A stretch of DNA of 37,563 bases from a virus, in the IMG/VR virus record IMGVR_UViG_3300029537_000007. One strand, 5' to 3'. Shown here one piece after another: positions 16,400 to 23,201 of the stretch. Position 1 is the first letter of the stretch. Each line of letters begins with the position of its first letter. Both the position numbers and the translations under genes were made by a program. The notes below the pieces were generated by a model. It saw only the letters and a program-made list of their open reading frames with translations. It was not told the DNA's origin and searched no databases.

Positions 16400-16603
16400 T
16401 TATTCCTCCTTGTCAAACACGACACGTTCAGCTGCGTTCAAAATGAATATGCTGCCGAGCTGTGTCATCGAAAGCGTGCTCTCGTTATACACGTCAACCA
16501 ATGCGTTATATGCTTCCGTGCTTATCCAAATCTGTGCACGGTTATTGTTGGTGTATTTTTTGGTTCTCGCTGGGATATGGATTTTACCGTCATTTCTCTC
16601 CAT
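16400..16603 (-). CDS. Hypothetical small protein
   Basis: 67-aa ORF on the operon strand. Confidence 0.45.
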   Translation of the reverse strand: MERNDGKIHIPARTKKYTNNNRAQIWISTEAYNALVDVYNESTLSMTQLGSIFILNAAERVVFDKEE

Positions 16604-16829
16604 TGTTTTTCTCCTTCAGCGGGCAAAAACGCCCGCGCTCCTTAAATGGTTCCAGCAGCCATTCACCTGTGAACCGGCAGCTGAACCGTTTAAAATCCTC
16701 CTCATACCGGCATCCAATCAGGCAGTACCTGCAGACCTTTTTCCCTTTTGGGAACCAAAACGGATCCGTCAGATACAGCGCTTCAAATTCCTGTATACCA
16801 ACTGGGAAATCCTCCGTGATGGGATTCAA
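16590..16829 (-). CDS. Cys-rich hypothetical small protein
   Basis: 79-aa ORF with several Cys residues (CRYCLIGC, SCRF, FCP). Confidence 0.45.
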   Translation of the reverse strand: MNPITEDFPVGIQEFEALYLTDPFWFPKGKKVCRYCLIGCRYEEDFKRFSCRFTGEWLLEPFKERGRFCPLKEKNNGEK

Positions 16830-17017
16830 GCTCCCACCTCCAGATCTGCCAGCTCCTCGTCTATTTCTTCGATTTGAGCATCCAATTCAAAGCGTTCAGT
16901 CTGGAGTGCATCTTTTTTGGCAAGAAGTTTTTCAATACGCTCTTTTTTCAACTCATCCGCATGCGATAACTCCGGCGCAAAAATGCCATACGCAAATTCG
17001 TCGTTACTATATGCCAT
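16826..17017 (-). CDS. Small coiled-coil protein
   Basis: 63 aa, acidic and helical (LQTERFELDAQIEEIDEELADLE). Confidence 0.45.
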   Translation of the reverse strand: MAYSNDEFAYGIFAPELSHADELKKERIEKLLAKKDALQTERFELDAQIEEIDEELADLEVGA

Positions 17018-17354
17018 TTGACAAACGCCCTCTTTCGGTGTATTTTATAGATAGTGTATTTTTCTTTGTTGCCTTGTCCGTGTTGGTAGCGCGGGCAGGG
17101 CATTTTTTGCTGTATATGACACCTTCCACACCAGTGTAAGGGTCACGGCGTTTTCCGACCTGGAATATGTATCCCGCACGGTCAAGCTCGTTCAAACGCG
17201 GCCTTACTCGGTTCGGGTCCGTAAAACTCCTTCGCCGCATGATTTCCAGTGCCGTGCCATCGCCGCGCTCAAGCTCTGCCAAGATAGCCGCCTTTCGCCC
17301 GCTCGGGTCAAGCTGCTCAAAGCTCTCACGCCGCGTCTCATGCGTTATTTTCAT
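17007..17354 (-). CDS. Winged-helix DNA-binding protein candidate
   Basis: 115 aa with AAILAELERGDGTALEIMRR...RPRLNELDRAGYI, a wHTH-like pattern. Confidence 0.45.
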   Translation of the reverse strand: MKITHETRRESFEQLDPSGRKAAILAELERGDGTALEIMRRRSFTDPNRVRPRLNELDRAGYIFQVGKRRDPYTGVEGVIYSKKCPARATNTDKATKKNTLSIKYTERGRLSNGI

Positions 17355-17586
17355 GCTTGTCCTCCTCTCTTACAGCTATGTATCCCGCGATCCCGGCCAG
17401 CACCAACACCAGCCCAAGCGCCAGCGTTACAAGCCCCGGCAGCATGTCCGAGTTGCCACGGCCAATCGCCTGCAAACCGTCCAGTACGGGCAGTATAGCT
17501 GCAATCAGTACCACCTTATAGATAAGGCTTGTCCATCCGCGCAGGCCGCGCGGGAGGCGCAGGCAGAACGGGTTAGGTTTGTCCAT
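17338..17586 (-). CDS. Small two-TM membrane protein
   Basis: 82 aa with two hydrophobic helices. Confidence 0.5.
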   Translation of the reverse strand: MDKPNPFCLRLPRGLRGWTSLIYKVVLIAAILPVLDGLQAIGRGNSDMLPGLVTLALGLVLVLAGIAGYIAVREEDKHENNA

Positions 17587-17803
17587 TTTCGTTACCTCTC
17601 ACGCCACGTGCCCACGCAAGGAACGCTTCCCTTGGAACCATAAGGCGATTCCCGTTCCAAGTGAAATTGAATGGCCATCGTTGCTCTGGGTCGTCTGAAT
17701 GCGCCTTTCTCAGAACATCACCCGGAGACATGCCGTATAGTGCGGCAATCTCCCTTGTTCCAATCCGTTCGCGCGTCATTTCTTCAATATCTTTCAGTGT
17801 CAT
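17573..17803 (-). CDS. HTH DNA-binding protein (excisionase or early regulator candidate)
   Basis: 76 aa with TREIAALYGMSPGDVLRKA, an HTH-like segment. Confidence 0.4.
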   Translation of the reverse strand: MTLKDIEEMTRERIGTREIAALYGMSPGDVLRKAHSDDPEQRWPFNFTWNGNRLMVPREAFLAWARGVRGNENGQT

Positions 17804-17869
17804 AATTTTCCTTTCTGTCCCATTTTACGGACATTAGATGTGGTATCTTGTAATAAAGGATGTGATGAA

Positions 17870-18211
17870 ATGGATATGCCAAGTCTAAAGAAAACCCTTT
17901 GTAAAGCCTATGCATTATTAGGAAGTGAGGAAAACGTCGGGACCGTCGCTTTTATTACTGCCGCTGGCATAATAACCGGGACAGTACTCAGGATGCCATC
18001 CGACGATTCCAATGAGTTAATCCCTCTTGTCACCAAGCAAAGCTCAATAGACTATTTCGGAAAGTACAGGGTTTCTCCACAATGTGTCCCCGGAAACGAT
18101 GGCATGATTTTGCTTGGAAACGCCACTTTACAACATGGAAGTGAATCCACTCATTTTGAATATCTCACGGTATTCTACGACCAGATCATTGGGGTAACGC
18201 TTCTGAGTTAA
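17870..18211 (+). CDS. Unknown small cytosolic protein, first gene of the opposite-strand accessory pair
   Basis: Track ORF 17840..18211; ATG 17870 follows AAGGA. AT-richer than its neighbours. No family recognised. Confidence 0.55.
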   Translation: MDMPSLKKTLCKAYALLGSEENVGTVAFITAAGIITGTVLRMPSDDSNELIPLVTKQSSIDYFGKYRVSPQCVPGNDGMILLGNATLQHGSESTHFEYLTVFYDQIIGVTLLS

Positions 18212-18284
18212 AACAAATCGCTTTCCAATAGCCCGATCAAGTAGCCGCTTCATCTCCTTTGTGCTACAATGAGCGTGAAAGGTC

Positions 18285-18698
18285 GTGACAAGTGTGGAAT
18301 TTTTAAGTACCCGGTCAATCGAAATTCTTAAAATCATCCAAACACACCCTCGTATTGATGTGAACACGCTGTACCGTGATTATTCCGTTTCGTTAGACGA
18401 ACTTGAAAGCCTTGTTCGGTGCCGCTATGTCGAACGACCAATCTATGATGTTCAAAATGGCGTCGTCCGCTACCGGAACGAATTTTCTCTTACGCTCGAA
18501 GGTCTGTCTGCTTTAGAAAAACTTGAAGAACATTTGCGTAACGAGGCCGAGGAAAAAGCATATAAGCGCCGACAAGAGAAGATTGCGGTATTGCAAGTGC
18601 TTGTGCCTGCGATAACTTTCATTTTGGGATTGATAGTAGAGCACTTTTCCGGCATCGTTGCCTTGGCTTTTGAACTCTTTCGGAACTGGGTCCAGTAG
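18285..18698 (+). CDS. Unknown protein with an N-terminal wHTH-like domain and a C-terminal TM helix
   Basis: GTG start after GAAAGG, with TGCTACAAT (extended -10-like) at 18262..18270. It contains SIEILKIIQTHPRIDVNTLYRDYSVSLDELESLV and the hydrophobic IAVLQVLVPAITFILGLIV. Confidence 0.55.
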   Translation: MTSVEFLSTRSIEILKIIQTHPRIDVNTLYRDYSVSLDELESLVRCRYVERPIYDVQNGVVRYRNEFSLTLEGLSALEKLEEHLRNEAEEKAYKRRQEKIAVLQVLVPAITFILGLIVEHFSGIVALAFELFRNWVQ

Positions 18699-18768
18699 CT
18701 TGTCCATGATTCGGCACATCAAACAACGTTTCAATCGCTTCACCTCGCTTTCAGGTTAGTTTTGTTTT

Positions 18769-18978
18769 CTAAACTTTTGGGGTAAAAAAATATTCGCCTA
18801 TCCTCTCTGGCGGTATTTTCATATGCTCTACTAACTGACGAATTTCATCAGAAGTAAAAGGATATCGCCCAGAAATTTTTAAAGACATGGTGCTTTCCGT
18901 TATGTGAGCAATTTTTGCCATATCTTTTTGTTTCAATCCCAAAGCACGGGCCGCCCCTAAAAGTTTGTCATAGTTCAT
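18769..18978 (-). CDS. Cro-like XRE-family HTH regulator
   Basis: 69 aa with LGLKQKDMAKIAHITESTMSLKISG; divergent from the repressor gene. Confidence 0.75.
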   Translation of the reverse strand: MNYDKLLGAARALGLKQKDMAKIAHITESTMSLKISGRYPFTSDEIRQLVEHMKIPPERIGEYFFTPKV

Positions 18979-19159
18979 TTTTTGCGTAAAATCACCTCCT
19001 TTTTGGTTTAGTTTTCTGAACTAACAATAGTTTACCACGCATGTTTTGACTTGTCAACACAAAATATTTAGATTTCTAAATTATTTTCTGAATAATGTTG
19101 ATTTTTCTAAACTGTTACTATATAATGAAAACAGATAAACAGGAACGGAGGCATTCCTT
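18979..19159. promoter_or_regulatory. Genetic-switch region with divergent promoters and repeated operators
   Basis: Plus strand: TTGATT (19098)-17 nt-TATAAT (19121). Minus strand: TTGACA (19057..19052)-17 nt-TAAACT (19034..19029). Hyphenated palindromes: GTTTAG-N4-CTGAAC 19006..19021, ATTTAG-N4-CTAAAT 19066..19081 and ATTATT-N5-AATAAT 19080..19096. A TTCT[A/G]AA core recurs at 19105 and 18767. Confidence 0.7.
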
Positions 19160-19570
19160 GTGAGTATAGATAATCAGTTTTCTTCACGACTAAGACAAGC
19201 AATGACGATTCGCGGATTTAAACAGGTAGAGTTATGTGCGAAAGCAGGAATCCCTAAAAGTGCTCTTAGCCAGTATTTAAGCGGTGCATTTGAGCCTAAA
19301 CAGGATCGTCTATGGGCGATTGCTAAGGCATTGGATGTCTCAGAGGCGTGGCTTATGGGCTATGATGTAGCGATGGAACGGAAATCCTCCCAACCAGAAA
19401 TCTCAGAAATTAGCCAAGAAATTAATAATGATCCTCTCGCTGGCCAACTTTTCGCAGCATATGGCAAGGTAAAAGAAGAGTTTAGCCAAGCTGAGATTGA
19501 CGATATAACAATGATTATGGAAATGATAGCGGAGAAAAAACGCAGAAAACGCGAAAAAGGAGAAGAATGA
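19160..19570 (+). CDS. XRE-family phage repressor (ImmR/CI-like)
   Basis: GTG start after AGGAACGGAGG; HTH is FKQVELCAKAGIPKSALSQYLSG; there is no S24 autoprotease domain. Confidence 0.8.
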   Translation: MSIDNQFSSRLRQAMTIRGFKQVELCAKAGIPKSALSQYLSGAFEPKQDRLWAIAKALDVSEAWLMGYDVAMERKSSQPEISEISQEINNDPLAGQLFAAYGKVKEEFSQAEIDDITMIMEMIAEKKRRKREKGEE

Positions 19571-19574
19571 GAAA

Positions 19575-20171
19575 ATGAATGCCACGGTTCCTCTTGACGA
19601 ATTGTACGACAATTTAGATCAACAAGGAATAGAAGTCTTTCATTGTTCCACAAAAGAAGTTGTCGCAGTTGCAGAGCCATCCGGCTATCTTTGCATTGAC
19701 CCCCAAAAAGTAGAAAGCACTGAACACGAGCGTGAAATCCTCATTCACGAAGAGGGCCACTTTGCCACGAACACCTTTTATCAGTTGGACAGTCCGTACA
19801 CGGTGCGAGAACATCAGGAAAACATCGCGGTTCGCTACGGCTTTAAAAAATATTATTCTGTTGAAAAGCTACTGTCCTTGATGGAAGAAGGCTACACAGA
19901 GGTTTGGCAGCTTGCGGAACAGCTCAGTGTGCGTGAGGAATATGTACAGGAAATGCTTGACTATTACACACAGGCATGCAACGTAAATTTTGCACAAGAA
20001 TTAGCCGAACGTAAACGTGCCCGTGAAATAGAAAATGACCCAATCACACCAGAAACCTTACAAAAATTGCAAGGCATCGCTTTTTCGTGTGATGGGCCAT
20101 TAACAGAGACCAGTGCGCAAGATATACTCAAACTCGTGGAAATTGTAAAAGAACGCAGCAAGGAACGCTAA
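19575..20171 (+). CDS. ImmA/IrrE-family zinc metallopeptidase (anti-repressor protease)
   Basis: 198 aa with ILIHEEGHF (HExxH), immediately downstream of the XRE repressor. Confidence 0.75.
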   Translation: MNATVPLDELYDNLDQQGIEVFHCSTKEVVAVAEPSGYLCIDPQKVESTEHEREILIHEEGHFATNTFYQLDSPYTVREHQENIAVRYGFKKYYSVEKLLSLMEEGYTEVWQLAEQLSVREEYVQEMLDYYTQACNVNFAQELAERKRAREIENDPITPETLQKLQGIAFSCDGPLTETSAQDILKLVEIVKERSKER

Positions 20172-20209
20172 ATCCTTAAGAGTTCATGCTATCTAGGAGG
20201 AATGGTCGA

Positions 20210-21625
20210 ATGTCAAAAACGGTTAAAATTCTAAATTGGACGTTTTCTGTATTCTGTATTCTTGGATTTTTTGTCTATTTTCCAAGTATTGCAGCTTTTT
20301 TGTTTTTGCTGGCCGGAATCGCATCCTTACCCATAAAGATAATACAAAATCTATATCCCCCATTTTTTCGCAAATCTATCAAAACCGCTCTGATTGCCGT
20401 TTTATTCTTTTGGGCTGCGCTAATTGCACCCACTCAAGATTCAACCGCGCAAACTATACCTACACAACTGCCATCTTCTTCATCCTCAAGTATTTCTTCA
20501 ATGGTGAGTTCGTCCAAAACAGTTGTCGAATCCGATAGTAATGCCTCATCCACTGTTGAATTAGAAAATACCTCTCCGGGAAACAGCATATTCCAAATCA
20601 CATTTATTGATGTTGGGCAAGCCGATAGCGCCCTTGTTGAATGTGATGGACATTACATGTTAATCGACGGTGGAAACGTGGAGGACAGCAACAGAATATA
20701 TTCTATCCTCAACAGCAAAGGTGTTTCCTATCTTGATTATGTTATTGGCACACATGCACATGAGGATCATATCGGAGGGCTTTCCGGCGCACTCTCCTAT
20801 GCGAAAGCTGGAATTGTATTTTGTCCTGTAAATAACTACGATAGCGACGCATTTCGTAATTTCAAAGCAAAGGCAGACGATAACGGCGGAATCGTTATTC
20901 CACACGCAGGCGATTCTTTTTCGCTTGGTTCAGCATCCGTTGAAATTCTTGGTCTTAACGCCTCCACGGACAACACAAACGACACGTCCATAATTCTAAA
21001 AATTGTTTACGGAAATAATTCTTTTCTATTTACTGGTGATGCGGAATACGTAGCAGAGCAGGCCGTGATCGGAAAGGACTTGTCTTCAGACGTTTTAAAG
21101 GTCGGACATCACGGAAGCGAAACTTCTACCTCTTATATATTTTTAAGAGAAGTAATGCCCACATACGCAGTTCTGTCAGTTGGGCAGGACAACTCATACG
21201 GACATCCGGATGATGTTACATTGAGCCGTTTACGCGACGCAGATGTAAAAGTATTTCGAACAGATATGCAAGGAGACATTATCTGTACCTCGGATGGCCA
21301 AACCATAACTATTACGCCAAGTCGTAATCCTGATGTAGAAACAAATCCTACCACCAATGACAGGAATGGACAAAACGCTAGTGACACGGCTTCTCCGCCG
21401 CAACCTGTTGAGCCACAAACCCCACCTGTACAGTCTCAGGCCCCTTCTGTTGAGCCCGATCAGCCCGTTGCGCAACAAGCGCCTCAAGGGGATTTAGTGT
21501 GGATTAGCGGTAGCGGAAAAAAATATCATAGCAATCCTAATTGTAGTAACATGAAAAACCCATGGCAAGTTACCATTGGCGAAGCTCAAGCGCAAGGCAG
21601 AACACCTTGCAAAAAATGTTATTAA
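20210..21625 (+). CDS. Membrane-anchored ComEC-type metallo-beta-lactamase-fold hydrolase
   Basis: The start is refined to ATG 20210 (AGGAGGAA 7 nt upstream). N-terminal TM helices and a Ser-rich linker precede an MBL core (IDVGQADS, GTHAHEDHIGG, VGHHGSETS). A Pro-rich linker and a C-terminal YHSNPNCSNMKNP...PCKKCY module follow. Confidence 0.75.
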   Translation: MSKTVKILNWTFSVFCILGFFVYFPSIAAFLFLLAGIASLPIKIIQNLYPPFFRKSIKTALIAVLFFWAALIAPTQDSTAQTIPTQLPSSSSSSISSMVSSSKTVVESDSNASSTVELENTSPGNSIFQITFIDVGQADSALVECDGHYMLIDGGNVEDSNRIYSILNSKGVSYLDYVIGTHAHEDHIGGLSGALSYAKAGIVFCPVNNYDSDAFRNFKAKADDNGGIVIPHAGDSFSLGSASVEILGLNASTDNTNDTSIILKIVYGNNSFLFTGDAEYVAEQAVIGKDLSSDVLKVGHHGSETSTSYIFLREVMPTYAVLSVGQDNSYGHPDDVTLSRLRDADVKVFRTDMQGDIICTSDGQTITITPSRNPDVETNPTTNDRNGQNASDTASPPQPVEPQTPPVQSQAPSVEPDQPVAQQAPQGDLVWISGSGKKYHSNPNCSNMKNPWQVTIGEAQAQGRTPCKKCY

Positions 21626-21774
21626 CTTACTTGAAATTTTAAAATATGAAAAAACGCCCCACGGCGGCAACCGTGAAGCGTTTATAGAACAGCTTACCCA
21701 ATGGGCAATCCGTCCGACAATGTGATTGTACCACCTTTGGGCAGGCTTTGTAAAGTGCGCCCGGAGGTGTTTTT

Positions 21775-22890
21775 ATGTTATGTAAAAAATGCGGCAAAGA
21801 AATTCCCAACGAAAGTATGTTCTGCAATTGGTGCGGAAAGAAACAAACCATGCAGCAAAAGAAAGGAAAACAGCGCGGCAACGGTTCTGGCACAGTGTAC
21901 CAGCTCCCCAATAAAAAGTGGAGAGCTGAAGTGCGTGTCATGGCCAATGGAGCCAATATACGGCGCACAAAAGATGGGTTTCTCCGAAAAAAAGACGCTC
22001 TGGACTATTTGCCCATTTTGAAAAACGGGAAATACACTGTCTCGGAAAAGTCGCCTATTCTGCGCGACCTTTATAACCTTTGGAAAGAAACAAAAAAATA
22101 TAAAGGAATGTCAGAAGACAAAAAATCTCATTATCTCACGGCATGGGGCCGCCTCGAGGAGTTACAGCACCGGGATATTCAAACGCTTACATTCCTCGAA
22201 ATGCAAGAAATTGTTGACGGCGCGCCGGGCGCATATTACCCAAAGCGTGATATTAAAACGCTTTTATCCCATATGTACAAAATTGCAGAAAGAGAAGAAA
22301 TACTTCCTCCAAACAAAAACTTAGCTCAATATATCGAATTGCCTCAAACGCCCAAATCCAAACGCGACGCATTTACATCAGAGGAGGTAGCAAAGATATG
22401 GAAAGACTACGAAAATGGAAATAATTTTGCGGGATATGCTTTGGCAATGATCTATACCAGCATGCGGACAGGCGAGTTATTTGCACAACAGGTAAAAGAC
22501 ATTTTCCTCGATAAAAAATACATGATTGGGGGAATAAAAACGGAGGCGGGTATAAATCGAGTGATTCCATTGGCTGATTGCATCATTCCCGTAATAAAAA
22601 AGCAAATCAGCCTATCCAAAAAAGGCGGAATCATCGACATGCGGATAGAAGATTTTTACGAAATGTGGGCTGAGTTCATACAGCGCACAGGGATACGCCC
22701 CTTGGATGCATATTGCTGCCGTCATACAACCGCGACCGCCCTTGCCGAAAAAAAAGTAGCCCCCGCCATCATAAAAGAAATCATGGGGCACACTTCATAC
22801 AACACAACTCTTCGATATACCCATATATCCGTAGATGAAAAAGTAAAAGCAGTAAATAAGTTAAGAAAGAAAAAAGAAGACAAAAAGTAG
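21775..22890 (+). CDS. int: Tyrosine integrase with an N-terminal zinc ribbon
   Basis: 371 aa with CKKCG...CNWCG at the N-terminus, CCRHTTATAL (HxxR box) and GHTSYNTTLRYTH (catalytic Tyr box); next to the tRNA-derived attP. Confidence 0.9.
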   Translation: MLCKKCGKEIPNESMFCNWCGKKQTMQQKKGKQRGNGSGTVYQLPNKKWRAEVRVMANGANIRRTKDGFLRKKDALDYLPILKNGKYTVSEKSPILRDLYNLWKETKKYKGMSEDKKSHYLTAWGRLEELQHRDIQTLTFLEMQEIVDGAPGAYYPKRDIKTLLSHMYKIAEREEILPPNKNLAQYIELPQTPKSKRDAFTSEEVAKIWKDYENGNNFAGYALAMIYTSMRTGELFAQQVKDIFLDKKYMIGGIKTEAGINRVIPLADCIIPVIKKQISLSKKGGIIDMRIEDFYEMWAEFIQRTGIRPLDAYCCRHTTATALAEKKVAPAIIKEIMGHTSYNTTLRYTHISVDEKVKAVNKLRKKKEDKK

Positions 22891-22920
22891 CGAATCCAAG
22901 GCGATTTCATCATCCAGCTA

Positions 22921-22948
22921 TTGACAAATCTTTCCGAATCACTATAAT
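22921..22948 (+). promoter_or_regulatory. Near-consensus sigma-A/sigma-70 promoter facing attP
   Basis: TTGACA (22921)-16 nt-TATAAT (22943); no ORF of useful size before the hairpin at 23019..23062. Confidence 0.55.
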
Positions 22949-22966
22949 ACACGCATGGCAATAAGC

Positions 22967-22986
22967 GTGGCAATAGCAAAATTTTG
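22967..22986. repeat. attP arm-type repeat, copy 1
   Basis: GTGGCAATAGCAAAATTTTG matches 23177..23196 at 19/20 positions. An extra TGGCAATA lies at 22956. Confidence 0.6.
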
Positions 22987-23010
22987 ATGGAATATGGAGG
23001 GTAAAAATAG

Positions 23011-23062
23011 ATAAAAATAAAACCGCACCGAAAGCTCAAAAACGGCTTTACAATGCGGTTTT
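23011..23062 (-). terminator. Phage-supplied terminator for the reconstituted tRNA-Ser
   Basis: On the minus strand AAAACCGCA...TGCGGTTTT forms a 9-bp outer stem with an inner AAAGC/GCTTT stem, followed by AUUUUUAU, immediately 3' of the tRNA CCA end. Confidence 0.6.
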
Positions 23063-23063
23063 A

Positions 23064-23126
23064 TGGCGGAGAAGGAGGGATTTGAACCCTCGCGCCGGTT
23101 TCCCGACCTACGCCCTTAGCAGGGGC
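23064..23126 (-). other. attP core: 3' 63 nt of tRNA-Ser(GCU), from the anticodon stem to CCA
   Basis: The reverse complement is GCCCCTGCTAAGGGCGTAGGTCGGGAAACCGGCGCGAGGGTTCAAATCCCTCCTTCTCCGCCA. It contains a CUGCUAA anticodon loop, a long variable arm, a T-arm and the 3' acceptor strand. No D-arm or 5' acceptor strand lies upstream. Confidence 0.8.
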
Positions 23127-23176
23127 TGAAAAAACCACGCAAATAAGCCAAATATCGGACATTTTGTGTCAATAGA

Positions 23177-23196
23177 GTGGCAATAGCTAAATTTTG
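23177..23196. repeat. attP arm-type repeat, copy 2
   Basis: GTGGCAATAGCTAAATTTTG, with a related TGTCAATAG at 23166. Confidence 0.6.
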
Positions 23197-23201
23197 TCAC
23201 A

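Noticed and set aside
18128-18743. Minus-strand ORFs 18128..18367 and 18513..18743 as continuation of the early operon through the island
   Set aside because: They are shorter than the plus-strand ORFs and straddle their boundaries. They lack RBS motifs, whereas the plus-strand genes have RBSs and more protein-like sequence. Strand-specific RNA-seq would settle it.
22722-23039. Minus-strand 105-aa ORF overlapping the int 3' end and the attP arm
   Set aside because: It is an AT-rich, low-complexity product (runs of F, S, Y) with no RBS. It overlaps the integrase catalytic-Tyr region in antisense and contains the promoter and arm repeat.
23064-23126. A complete tRNA-Ser gene
   Set aside because: Only the anticodon stem-loop, variable arm, T-arm and 3' acceptor strand are present. 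The sequence where the D-arm and 5' acceptor should lie (23127 onward) cannot pair with CTTCTCC. It is interpreted as the attP core instead.
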